Positions 25,263 to 37,099 of a stretch of 64,000 bases of DNA are shown one piece after another (the first letter of the stretch is position 1; each line of letters starts with the position of its first letter). The DNA comes from Carcharhinus longimanus (lineage: Eukaryota), in assembly GCA_030264375.1 (NCBI GenBank), contig JASCQW010000072.1:27589049-27653048 (forward strand), read 5' to 3'. Both the position numbers and the translations under genes were made by a program. A model generated the notes under the pieces. It had not been told where the DNA came from. It ran no database searches and saw only the letters and a list, made by a program, of their open reading frames with translations.

Positions 25263-25559
25263 TTTTTTTTTTGTTTACTTTATTCCAATCCAATCAAGTC
25301 AAATTAAAGCCAATTCAGAGTCCCAACAAGTTGGGACATTCCCGATCCAAGATGACAAGACTGGGTTCTCACCTCCTGATCTACATGATCCAAGCTGATT
25401 GGAGGAGGTGTAGCTCCTCCTCCAAGACTTGATCTAATCTGCATCTTAGCCAAAAGGCCGAGATGCCGCTTTAAAAAATTGCTTCAAATGAAGCTGAAAT
25501 GTAATCCAATGACTTCAACCAAGTGCAGCATGTCGACACTACATTTGATCTTTGCCAAA
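25263..25559 (-). mobile_element. U2 snRNA-containing polyadenylated retroposon (SINEU-like), 5'-truncated
   Basis: Minus strand: TTTGGCAAAGATCAAATGTAGTGTC (22/25 to U2 nt 16-40), then TCTCGGCCTTTTGGCTAAGAT (21/21 to U2 nt 7-27), non-U2 body, AATAAA and A-tail; TSD AGACTC (25257-25262, 25560-25565). Confidence 0.75.
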
Positions 25560-26509
25560 AGACTCAATTACTTCATTTACACGACAATGGACAGCAAACT
25601 GAAAAGCTGCAAAATAGGTTCAATGCAACCTGCTAGTGCAACCATATTCAGCAGGAATTGGTTTGTCTGGAAGCCAAAGTCAAAGCAAAAGTCTTCAGAA
25701 CCTCCATACCACTGCCTGTAGGCTTTTGCAACTTGAACCGCGCATAGAAAGCACCACACACTTGCGAAAATGTTGCAATAGCCAGAAATAATCAACTAGT
25801 TACTAAAAAAATCCTTTTAAGTAATCATGGTGGGCTGTCTTTCCTCCAGCAGAATGTATGCTCAGCTGTGCGAGGTTATGAGAGGACCTTGGCTGCAGCA
25901 TGAGGCCCAAAATAGTAGCATTGGTATCAAATCAATGTTGCAGGCCGATTGACATCATTTATTTGCACTGCAAAATTCCCACAGACATCCACTATTTGTG
26001 TTTGTGCAAATGGTGAACCAATATGACTTCCAGCACTATTCACTCCACAAGTGTGCACGTGCACTGTGGGCGTCAGTTTGGAACTCTTAAGTGCATTCAC
26101 AGCACTCAAAAAAAAATCAATACTGATGAGCCCAATTTCTCTCCCATGGCCTCATTCAATTACATCTCCCAGCACTGGGGACAATGGTGATCACCATTTG
26201 GTCCCTTAGTCTATGGGTACATCTAAAATGTGCAATGGTACCTGTTAACTGGAAAGAACAAGACATCCTCATTGCAATGAAGTACAGGGTGTGGTGAGCT
26301 CACATGACTGGAGGCCCCTGCTCTGCTGAAGACAGGACTCCAAGACCACTTTTTCAAAAGAATACCAGTCCATACTTTAAATGTTGCTCATATCACAACA
26401 CGAGCACTAAAGGAAGAAAATTGAAACAAGTTTGCACTTGTCCACACCCTAAACCAATACCACAATATGCCAACAAAGGAAGTAACTTGGGTAGCTGCAG
26501 CACTGAGAA

Positions 26510-26660
26510 TATTATGAGGAATAAACATCGGAAGCAGCTACAGGGCTATAGGGAGAATGCAAAGCAGTAAAAGCAGTTTTGAATTGCTCAAGCAAAGAAC
26601 CAGCGTAAACACCATGCGCTAATTTGTCCTTCTGTACTGCAAACCTCCATGCCTCTAACC
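26510..26660 (+). mobile_element. Decayed CR1 3' end
   Basis: CAGGGCTATAGGGAGAATGCA...GCTC..GCAAAGAACCAGC...CCTTCTGTACTG; same layout as 50430-50540. Confidence 0.55.
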
Positions 26661-29600
26661 TATTAACAGCCCCACTGTCATCAGCTAGAAAGCATAATAT
26701 TACACAAGGGTATCAAATCCATTGGAAAATTAGCCAGTACCATCACCCACAAAAACATTCTTTCTGTAGCACTAAAAACACACATTCAAATGCAGACAAA
26801 TGATTTTTCTCCTTGCCACCTTAGAGGTAGTCTCCTGGAGTCAATCACCCGCCATTTATACAACAGGCACAACGGTCATTCAAAGTAGAGAAGATAAAAT
26901 TCTAAGTATACATTTGTAGTGCTGCATGTAAGTTTTTTTTAACATTAAAAAACAGTAAAATCATATATTTTAGCTTCATAAGAATAGTCAATGTATACAG
27001 ATGAAATAACAATGCCACACAATCCTGGCTGCGCACATCAAGATATTCCACTAGCACAAGGTTGAAAATGGAAAATAAATTTGTGGGGAAGGGGGTGGCA
27101 GTTGCCTGTTTCGAGCTACTGTCCAAGACCAATTTCACCCCCTTAATGTTGAAATTTTAACTTCTTTTTGCATCAATAGCTTTTTCATTAAGCTCAATCT
27201 GTCCTGGCTTCCAACCATTTGTACCCCTAAAGTGGCAACATCTTTATCTTGCTCCTCTTAATTTTAATTCACGCAAACCCTTTCCTCTGCTCTTGTTACA
27301 ATTAGATTCTGTCACAGACATCTTCAAAACAGGACTGAGAAAATGTGATTGATTAAACTAATTTAGCAGTAGGAGTGTAATAGAGAGGGAAAATGTTTGC
27401 CTTAATTGCATGCAAAATGATTATTATTGCTGAGAGAAAACTTTTCCTTTCCCTCTCTAAAGAATTTTTTTAAAATATACATTGAGAAAGTAAACAGACA
27501 AAAAAAACTGGATCAATATTAATTTAACTTCTGAAGGTGAAAGATAGCAACATGGAAATCCATACAGAAATGTTAACCAAATCATTACCGTTTATATTTT
27601 AATCTTGATATTTTAGCGATATTTAATAGTGATATTTTAATTATTTTCAATCATTTCTTGTTAGGTAAATTTATTGACAAATGATTTGAGCCCTCCTTTG
27701 GTTCAGTTTGATGACAGTAAGAAAAGTCCTTGAGATGTTCGGGAACTTTACTGGTGCTTTGGTTCATGTCTACAGTTGCCAATCCTACACATTTTGCTGA
27801 CAACACTGCAATGATAAATCTATCAACAATTATTTAAACTGTTCAACATATGTGTGTGCACACAAAACATGGCATAACTGACACTTTAGTTGTTTCCATT
27901 ATTCATTAGGTATGCAATCATTGTCCTCGTGAAAATCTCTCCTTATTGAGAAGGGAGAAGAGCTGTTTTGTCAGTCTGACTTAATGCCGAGAAGACTTGA
28001 TAATGCAATTTGATGTGACATGTCATCAGATTGTGCATTTGTAAACAAAAAATGTTTTTCAAAAGCTCTTTCTGTGAAGATGTTGCTCCTTTAACAGCCA
28101 TATTTTGTGGAATTTTGTATTTCAGTGCATCATGCACCATCACCTTTGTGATGTTCTGCTAATATTTCCATGAATGTCCTCTCAACGTGTTTATGAAAAC
28201 GCCTTTGCATTTTCCAACATTACTTCCATATTAACAGTTTGGTACTCCACTTTTCCAAGTTAAAAAACATTAAGATAGTGTACACGTATAACCCTTATAA
28301 ATCAAATTCTTCTGCGTAGATCAGAATATTTAATTAACAGTTATATAGAAACAGTATATATTTGCAGTTATATTTGCACAGATCAATAATGCAGGTTAAA
28401 AATGATTATTTCATTCAAGTTATTTCATGATCATACATGTACTGTGTCTCAGCCAGGAAAAAATATTCATTTTTGAGTGAAAGGTTACTTTTTCATAATC
28501 TTTAGTTACAAGATGTAGGCAAGAGTATACTATAAAACTATGTTTTTTTAACATAAAGACAGTTCTCAAATTAAATCAAAAATGCATTGTGAACAATCAT
28601 ACGTACATTGCCATATAAGTTACAATATCTCCTCAAAGATAACTACTATATTTTACATTTCAAAGTCTCGATCGTTGTAATTAATCTTACTTAGTGTTAC
28701 AANNNNNNNNNNNNNNNNNNNNNNNNNNNNNNNNNNNNNNNNNNNNNNNNNNNNNNNNNNNNNNNNNNNNNNNNNNNNNNNNNNNNNNNNNNNNNNNNNN
28801 NNNNNNNNNNNNNNNNNNNNNNNNNNNNNNNNNNNNNNNNNNNNNNNNNNTCATGCTATCTCTTGCAGCTGCAATTGTGAATTAAACATGCCTTACTGCA
28901 TATTATACTTCTGGACAAATTGTGCTCCCACGAATACTCATAGAACTTCATGTTTTTGCATCTACTACTGACCAGTACAGTGAGCTTGCTTTACGTATAT
29001 ATTCCATTTAAAAATCATTATTTATTGTTTACTGACATGTGCAGCTGCCATTATGTGATCCATTCATTAAACTAATGTTTAGAACTGTAGCCAATATAAT
29101 GAAAACAGCACTGATCTGGTCAACAAGCTTTTAGAGTCTGTTTATAGAACATTGCAAAATATTTGTTGAGTGGTGAAGTGTATTAGCTTTGTTGGTCTAA
29201 TGTAGCTGTGTGTGTCACCATGTGCATTGTTTGAGCTATTATTCTTTATTTCTTTAAAGCACAGCAGTTTATTTTTAACATTGTCTTTATTTCATTAGTT
29301 GTAGAAAGAAGTCCAAACCACCATAACAAAAAGCAAAACAGACTGAAGTTATTAGATATAGTTTTTAGGATTTATTCCAACAAAATATGAAATCATTAAT
29401 GCAGGATGACTATTTAAATAATGAAATGTCTTAAACTTTAAAATTAGAAGACACAGGGTTTGTTATGTTGGTGAAACAAGTTGATCATTGATTGGTAATA
29501 AATAGAATTGATGCACTTCAGGTTATGTCTCAATATTCTCTACTTGCACTCACCACCAAAGGCAACTACTATAATCAGCCCAGATTCTGAACTGAAAGCT

Positions 29601-29740
29601 AACATTATATATACAATAAACACGATATGGTGCAGCTGAAGACAAGTAGTTACCCTTTTACCACTAAATTATATCAGAAACAGTCATATCCAATATGTGA
29701 TCCTGATCCTTCTAACAGGTGGAAGAAACATGCTTCCAGA

Positions 29741-30485
29741 TGGGGTATTTTGTGGAGGTGACATGGGTCTTGTCCACTGGCTGGACCACCAGTGAGGTGC
29801 TGACCTGCCCTCTTTTTGGGAAGGCTCATCACATCACATGTCACTCAAGCACTTAACAGACCCAACAACAAGACATATCCAGGCTCAATAAGCCAAGGGC
29901 AGAAGTCCCACCTGCTGACAGTTGCCTGAGAGGTTAGCAGCACTTCTGTCCTCAGCTGCATAAGCAGGGAGGCAGTGGCTACTAGTGGTCTGACAACTGA
30001 GGCAGATCACCAAGGGACCCAGGCACAGATGACTGATGGTAGGTAGGGGCTCATGGAGTGGGTGTTGCAGGGATGGGGAGAGGGAGGAAGGTGATTAGCA
30101 GCAAGGGCAGGAGATGGTTTCCAGAGATCCCATCACCATTCCAATTTCAGGCCCTTGATCAGGTACTGAGTTTCTTCAACCAAGAAACCTCCCGAGAGTC
30201 CGCAAGCAAACCCACACTGGTTTGTCTGTCATTCTCCTTGCATGGCAAATCCCCCACCCACTGCAGGATTAATGGCGGTAGGATGAGGCCTTTAACAGAA
30301 CATTATTTGCCCACTTGAGGGTCTCAATTGGCAGCAGAGTTGGAAGGCCATTCATGGAATTTCCTGACAGACTTAATCAGGATGAAGGCAACAAGGTGGT
30401 GAGGTCCCCACCTTCCACCCTCCTGCCTAATTAAATACCCCACCATCACCAAACCTACTATAGGAAAAGGCATAGGATTATTCCC
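29741..30485. mobile_element. Decayed Harbinger-type non-autonomous element
   Basis: GC-richer block in AT-rich DNA with motifs (CACTTAA, CTCAATTGG, TAATTAAAT) like 3486-4192; weak TIRs. Confidence 0.45.
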
Positions 30486-31059
30486 TATAATTTTAAACAA
30501 AACTCTAAATTGCTTATTAAAAACATATAGAAGAAAAATACATCAATTAATAAACAAGAATACTGGTTAACTTAAAAAAGTTTCAAAACAATACAAGTTC
30601 CAAATATTAGCACTTCAAAGGAGAACCTTTGAACATTAGTCCTAGGTGACAATCATGATGTGTGAAATAATTCCTCACCATGTTCTTTTTCATACTCAAC
30701 ATGTGTAATGGCACAGCCTGATATATATTAAATATATACACACATACATACACACTGCACAATGGAAAATGTTGAAATCAAATGTATCCATTACAACTAA
30801 TTTCAATTGTTCCATTTCATTTTTTTCCCCACAATATGGTTGTAAAGTAAACTTTAATAAACTACTAACTGAGCAAATAAAATATTTGATTGAAACCAAT
30901 TAATTTATTTTCAAAATATAGTTGGCAAATACATCATTGTGGTTTCCCAGCCTCACTAAAAATTCATAAAGTTAAATAGAGCAACATTTTATGATCTGAC
31001 TTACGATGGAATCTTGTATCGGTCACAAACCCTCAATCAGGATGATGGTTCTTGATTTT

Positions 31060-31680
31060 GCATCAATTATGTATGCTTGTGAGAACCATTTTCATTGTTG
31101 TGTATGAACTGCCCAAAGCAATGTTGAAAAGTTTGTCCAGTCTCAATATTCCACTTAAAATTCTATTTGGGAGATATATTTCCCTTCCAGTTAACATCTC
31201 CTGCAGCTTGTGATCTGGCATTTTTTTAGACACCGCAGGATTGGCGTGCATTCCCTATATACCCTTTTGGTTAAATGTCCTTGATCAGGCAAGGCACACT
31301 ACACTCTACTGGCAAAAGAGCTGTGAATTGAACAAATCTGATGACTTGTCCCCGATTAACCAATTTCACGTTCACATGATTAAATGGCTCAATAATCAGA
31401 TTGCTGTAAGGTCAGTGCATTCCACCTGTCTCCACATGGCTCCTCATATGTGAAAACATAACGTTGAAACCTTCTGAATTTTGCGTGCCTGATACCACCC
31501 ATAGAAAACTCGTGAAATTCTAGTGGTTGAATTTCTAGTATTTCTGCCAGAATTTCTACTAGTATTTCAGGTTCTACTACCTGAAGAACAACGATAGCGG
31601 CTTTCCTTCCACCAACCAGTCTGTTGCTCCCATGTGCAATGCTACTACAATTAGAGCCAGGTATGTAGTACAGCACTGAC
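31060..31680 (+). mobile_element. Possible ancient RTE-X/L1-like ORF2 C-terminal relic
   Basis: Fragments IMYACE, ILFG, FWLNVL, PEEQR, LLLPC..IRARY in LINE C-terminal order; very decayed. Confidence 0.25.
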
Positions 31681-32069
31681 TGTTTCTTTTGGCCTAACTC
31701 AGTCAATATTAATTTGGCCACCACCTTCTCAATAATTCAGTCACCACCTAATTGAACATCAAATCATGTATATGTTAAAGCCACCAACCAGGGTGGATGC
31801 CTATGTTAGACAAATCTACCCTTCTCAGCAATCATAAATAAATAGCCTTTATACATGAGGAAGTACCTGGTCATTCTAACATCAGACACATACTCGATAG
31901 TCAGCCACTTATTCTCTGTGATGAGATGTAATTGTCATATCAAATTCTCTGCATTTGGTGTTAGTGTAAGGCCAGTGATGTCTAATGACAGTACTCAATC
32001 TCCCTAGTAATGTGCAAACCTTAGTTTAGATAGTATCTGCTTTGTGCCTCCACTCACTGTACATTCTTA

Positions 32070-32370
32070 TTCATTGTTGAGATGCAAGCATGGCAGGCAA
32101 GGGTGTTTTTTAATCACCCGCCTTTACTTCTAGGCCACTTTGATAAGCAGTTAGGCATCAACCATACTGGTGGGGGTCCTGGAGTCATGATAGACAACAG
32201 AACATGTAATAACAACAAATTTTCATTTCTAAGTGGCAATGAACAATTTGGGTTACCACAACAATTCAACAGCTTTGTGGTCACTTTAAATGATACCAAC
32301 TTGTTATTTCCAGGTTTTCATTCACACAACAATAAACCCTAAAAGGTGGGAACTCCAACCAACCTCTGGA
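32070..32370 (-). mobile_element. Old SINE-like element
   Basis: GGCCACTTTGATAAGCAGTTAGGCATCAACCATACT..CTGGAGTCA resembles a recalled shark SINE; its end resembles the LINE end at 53703-53770. Confidence 0.4.
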
Positions 32371-32659
32371 TAAAAAAAAATCAGTGGATCTGGCAGGTCA
32401 AATGTGAAAATTGACATAGGAATGTTGTGCCCTCTGCCACATTGCTGCCATTTTTACTTGTTGACCTTGGCAGGCAGGGAATGAGGGTATACGTTTAAGG
32501 TAGGTCAGGTGTTTCTCACACGTTGGCGCAGACTCAATGGGCCGAAGGGCCTCTTCCGCACTGTGTGACTCTGTGATAATAAAATGTATTCTGCTGATGG
32601 TAACGAATTAGATCAACTGCACCATCTATTCACTGGCCTTGTATTTAATCAGGTTGTCA

Positions 32660-32955
32660 TATAAACATACGAGAAAAGAGCAGGAGAGTAGGCCATTCAG
32701 CCTCTTGAGCCTGTTCCTCCATTTAATAAGATCTTGGCCTATCTGATAATAGTCTTAAATCTGCATCATTCCTATCCTCAACAACCTCTAATCCTCTTCC
32801 CACGCCCTTCTTGCTTACCAAGATTCCATCCCACCTTTGCCTTAAAAATATTGGAAGGCTCTGCTTCCACAACCTATTCGGGAAGAGAGTACCAAAGACT
32901 CAACTCTAGCTGAAAACATTTTACCTGAAATCAGTCTTAAATGGGCAATCCCTTG
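32660..32955 (-). mobile_element. CR1 LINE 3' fragment
   Basis: GAGCAGGAGAGTAGGCCATTCAGCCTCTTGAGCCTGTTCCTCCATTTAATAAGATC: older relative of the 1328 element. Confidence 0.75.
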
Positions 32956-33134
32956 TCACAATTAATTCAAGTGCAAGACAGTTCTAATCCTTCTTTTGCT
33001 CCAACATGTGCATGCATTGAGTCTACTGTTGCCGATGCCCTGTTGTTTTGATCCTGTACTAAAACTCTCTTCACATTATTGTCCTGTTCCTTTGCAGTCT
33101 CCAGTTTAATCATTTCTAACTAATATACTAGAAT

Positions 33135-33672
33135 TATCGACTCCCCAAAGCCTGCCCACCATCTGCAAGGTACAAGTCAGGAGTGTGATGGAATATTGTC
33201 CTGCCTGGATGATTTGGATGAGTGCAACTCTAATAATACTCAAAATGCTTGATACCAGCCAGCACAAAAAGCAGCCCACATGATTGGCACCCCATTCACC
33301 ACTAACACACAGTGGCAGCAGTGTGTGCTAGCTACACGATGCACTGCAAGAACTCACCTAGTCTCCTTAACCAGCAATTTCCAAACCCATGGTTAATCTT
33401 ATTATGGCAAGAGCAGAGATACCTAGCAATACCACCATTTGGAAGTTTCCCTCCATTCCCCTCACCTTTCCCACTTTGAAAAATATTGCCTTCACTTGCC
33501 ACCAGATCAAAGTCTTGGAACTTCCCTCTCTGACAGCACTTTCAGTGTACCTACACCACAGGGACTGCAGATGCCCAAAAGGTAGCCCACCACCACATTG
33601 TTATCAAGGGCAACTGGTGATGGGCAATAAATGCAGTTCTATCCAGTGAAAACCACATCCCATGAATGAATT
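33135..33672 (+). mobile_element. CR1-clade LINE 3' fragment (second family)
   Basis: KVQVRSVMEYC motif; ends GATGGGCAATAAATG...CCACATCCCATGAATGAAT; homologous to 53703-54200 in reverse. Confidence 0.75.
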
Positions 33673-33925
33673 TTTAAAATGTTCTTTCCTTTAAGGTGTT
33701 GTTAATTACAACTATGTTTTGGCATTGAATCTGTTTGGAATCAGTTTCTGAATTTCTTGTCATAGTGATCATTATTCACTTTTGGTAATTTAGATCAAAT
33801 CTTGAACAACTAGTTTTTTGCCTGATAGTCATATTCATCCTAGAGGTGCCATCAACAGTGAACTCTTTACGAAAATGCTTTATTCATGCTTGTCAATAAA
33901 GAACCTCTGATAAATCAGAAACATA

Positions 33926-34047
33926 GGCAGGAATTCTCCAGCCATTCACTTCCTGCTGCCGCTACCAATGAGAGTGGAGAATTTGGCACTCAGCCAAATC
34001 TCCATTCCCTGTAATGGGACCAGAGAATCCCAACTGCGGGCTGGCCC
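33926..34047. mobile_element. Short MITE
   Basis: GGCAGGAATTCTCC...GAGAATTTGGCACTCAGCCAAA; reverse-complement homologue of 51019-51387. Confidence 0.65.
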
Positions 34048-34053
34048 ATAATA

Positions 34054-34216
34054 TGTGGTAGTTTTGGGTTTACACGAAGAACTTTATTGAAAGGATGCTA
34101 ACACTACAGGCTACCAGTGACATTTTCAATGAGGTCACGTGATCAGTCTCAAGTGGTCCCTGTTTCGCTGCAAAGCTGCTAGTGAGAAATATGTCAAATA
34201 ACATGAATACACAACA
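34054..34216 (-). repeat. 3' LTR of Gypsy element
   Basis: TG...CA termini, minus-strand AATAAA, shares CGAAGA..TTTATTGAAAGG.TGC and GCAAAGCTGCTAGT...AAATAA.ATGAATACA.AACA with 38180-38376. Confidence 0.8.
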
Positions 34217-34539
34217 CTTTCCTCTCTCTATAATTCAAAGGTTCCTGACATCAATAACAGTATAACATTATCAATATAAACAGTTAATAAATAACAACAG
34301 TCAATAGGTCAGATGTTCTGGGGCTGTCACTCTGTTGGGTTGTTGGTGAACCTCAGGCATCTGCTTTCTGGTATTTACTGCAACTTCTGGCTCTATGGCT
34401 TGGTTTGGATATTGTCCATGGTTGTCTCAGCTGGAATTGACAATGTTCTGGGGTTGACTCGGTGTTGAAGTGTTCTCAACTGGGGTACTGCCTTCTCCAA
34501 TTGGTCCATCAACATTCCCATGCAGATTTGACAGATAAT

Positions 34540-36511
34540 ACTTTGTGTAAATGTGTAAACTGACAACAGCAGTGTCCACACTTCTGCATCCTGCTTGCTT
34601 CCAGTGATGGAATCCCAGTATGGAGGTCCAAAAATCGCTGTTAGTGGACAACGGTCCATCAAAAAAAGTAAATTGCCCTCAATGCAGGAATTGATAAAAA
34701 GGTTTCATTCCAAAAATGATTCCTAATGCTTCTTTCTCCATCTGTGCATAATTGATTTATGCTTTATTCAAGGACCTTGATGCAAAAGCAATCAGTTTCT
34801 CTTCACTTGTGGGCATTGTGTGGGGAGCCACCATCCCACAACCTGATGCTTCACATGCCAGATGCAAGGGTAAATTTGGATCAAAGTGTGTCAGGATTTC
34901 TGACTTCAGTAGTGCCTTCTTTACTTATACAAAGAACTAACCCAACTAACCATTTCCATTTTCAGTTTAGACAATAAATTATGAAAGGGTTTAAGAATGG
35001 TTTGATTTGATTTATTGTCACATGTATTAGTGTACAGTGAAAAGTTTTGTTTCTTGCATGCTATACAGACAAAGCATACTGTACATAAAGAAGGGAAGGA
35101 GAAAGATCAACTCAATCCAAGGTAGGTCCATTCAGAAGTCTGATGGCAGCAAGCTGTTCTTGAATCAGTTGGTACATGTCCTCAGACGTTTGTATCTTTT
35201 TCCCGGTGGAAGAAGATAAAAGAGAGTACCTCCAGAGTGCATGGGGTTTTTAATTTTGCTGGCTGCTTTTCCAAAGCAGCGAGAAGTGTGGACAGTGTCA
35301 ATGGATGGGGGGATGGTTTAAATGGTGGACTGGGCTTCATTTACGGCCGTTTGTAGATTCTTGTGGTCTTGGACAGATCAGGAGCCATACCAAGCTTTGA
35401 TACAACTAGAATTTCAATGATGCATCTGTAAAAGTTAGTGAGAATCATAGCTGACATGCCAAATTTCCTTAGTTTTCTGAGAAAATGGAGGCAATGATGG
35501 GCTTTCTTAACTATTATGGTAGCATGGGGAGGACCAGGCCAGATTGTTGGCGATCTGGACCCCCAAAAACTTGAAGCTCTTGACCATTTCTACATTATCA
35601 CTATTGATATAGACAGGGGCACATGCTATGCTTCCTAAAGTTGATAACTACCTCCTTTGTTTCGCTGACATTGAGGGAAAGATTATTGTCGCTGCACCAG
35701 TTTACCAGATTCTCTATTTCTTTCCTGTACTCAGCCTTGTCATTGTATGAGATCCAACCCACAATGGTGGTATCACAGCAAACTTAAAAACCGAGTTGGA
35801 GGGGAATTTGGCCACAGTCATCAGTGTATAAGGAGTATAGTAAGGGGCTGATGACTCAGCCTTGTGGGGTAGCCAAGTTAGGGACAAACATTCCATAATA
35901 AATTTAGTAGGACCAAGAAGATCAAAGGTGATTGACATTTTGAAGTGTAGATGTTTGATCAAAGATTAGAAAATTTTACGTGTGTCTTGCAGGACTCTCA
36001 ATCTTCTAATCTCTGGAATGTGGATCCAGAATGTGGAAATGTTCTTCCTCATTCTTTCCAGTTACTAAGATATTGTCCAAGTTACAGTGGACTCCTTATA
36101 ATTTGCTTCAAGTTTAATACATTGCATGTTGGAATAACACAGGTGCGGACGTGAAGCCAAATGGTCGTCTTTTGTATTGAAATAACCTTTGTGTGTCACG
36201 ATTGTCAAATATTGTTGTGAATCTGGATTCCCGTTCATCTGACTGAGGTCAATTTTACTGAAGTGTTGGCCTCCAGCCAACCCAATAAATAACTCATCAG
36301 AGGCAAAGGATATGGTTCCAGACAGTACAGGATTGATATTGACTTTTAAATCACCACAAATGCGAACCAATCCATCTTCCTTCATTACATGTACAATCAG
36401 TGTGGCCCAATCACTCATTAACAGGTTGAGGACTCCCATTTTGACCAGCCTCTCCAATTCTGCCTGTACCATAGGTCTGATTGCATATGGCACATAGCCT
36501 TTAAGCATCAT
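34540..36511 (-). pseudogene. pol: Gypsy pol relic (RT + RNase H), interrupted by Rex1
   Basis: VPYAIRPMVQAELERLVKMGV..SDWATLIVHVMKEDGLVRICGDLKVNINPVL..GGQHFSKIDLSQ; RNase H DAS..IAFASRSLNKA*INYAQMEKEALGIIFG. Confidence 0.9.
35002..35868 (-). mobile_element. Rex1/Babar LINE, 5'-truncated
   Basis: PQG*VISPLLYSLYT..VAKFPSNSVFKFA RT motifs; 3' tail TTTTCACTGTACACTAATACATGTGACAATAAATCAAATCAAA. Confidence 0.85.
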
Positions 36512-37099
36512 GCCTAACTTTTGTTCTTATTCATTAACTTAACTGAGATATCCATCAGCTCACCACTGAAGACAACGGTATGTGTCTTCAAGATCTTTGG
36601 TAGGCCTGATCTTGAGAATCTGCACTGAGATTTACTTCAGCCCAAATTAATCTGATCTTTTCCTGCCAGGTTCTTCTTCTTAGTTCTGGATAATTTCCTT
36701 TAACCATGTACAAGGACAAATCTGCACTGTCCATTCAACTGCACAATTACATGAATGCAGCCCCGCAATATAACCACTTCTCTTGTATAGGGTTTTAACA
36801 CTATTTCTGAGTGTTTCAGGGCAATATGTCAAAGCTTTCCTTGGTAAACAGTTTATTTTATCAATGAAACTGCAATTCCTATATCCACCTCCATTTTCAC
36901 TAATTATCCATCCAGTAAAGGAGTGACCCAGTGATGGTTTGTTGCAGTGCATTTAATGACAGTTCATCTTTGGACTGTGACTCAAGTCCTTTTTCACATC
37001 CTTTTACTACGTGGATACTTTCCCCCATTTGACTTTCCGTTTGAAGGATTTGGCTTTTGGTTTTTGTAATTCTGACCTGAAATTAGTTTCTTTTTCCAA

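Larger units (their letters stand above)
24446..25720 (-). pseudogene. PIF/Harbinger DDE transposase relic split by two retroposons
   Basis: QFAVHCRVNEVIESL | ASNYISFSLTRDKQVE*TPRFARIAGFP ... Q*FHCLI*SRRALQYLAAHVCQFLVAISMLHNL, matching HARBI1-like motifs FARIAGFP and RFRCLDxSGGALQY..CCMLHN. Confidence 0.8.

Noticed and set aside
25443-25463. Functional U2 snRNA gene
   Set aside because: Only nt 7-27 (and separately 16-40) match. Stem II, the Sm site and the 3' stems are absent, and the sequence sits in a TSD-flanked A-tailed insert.
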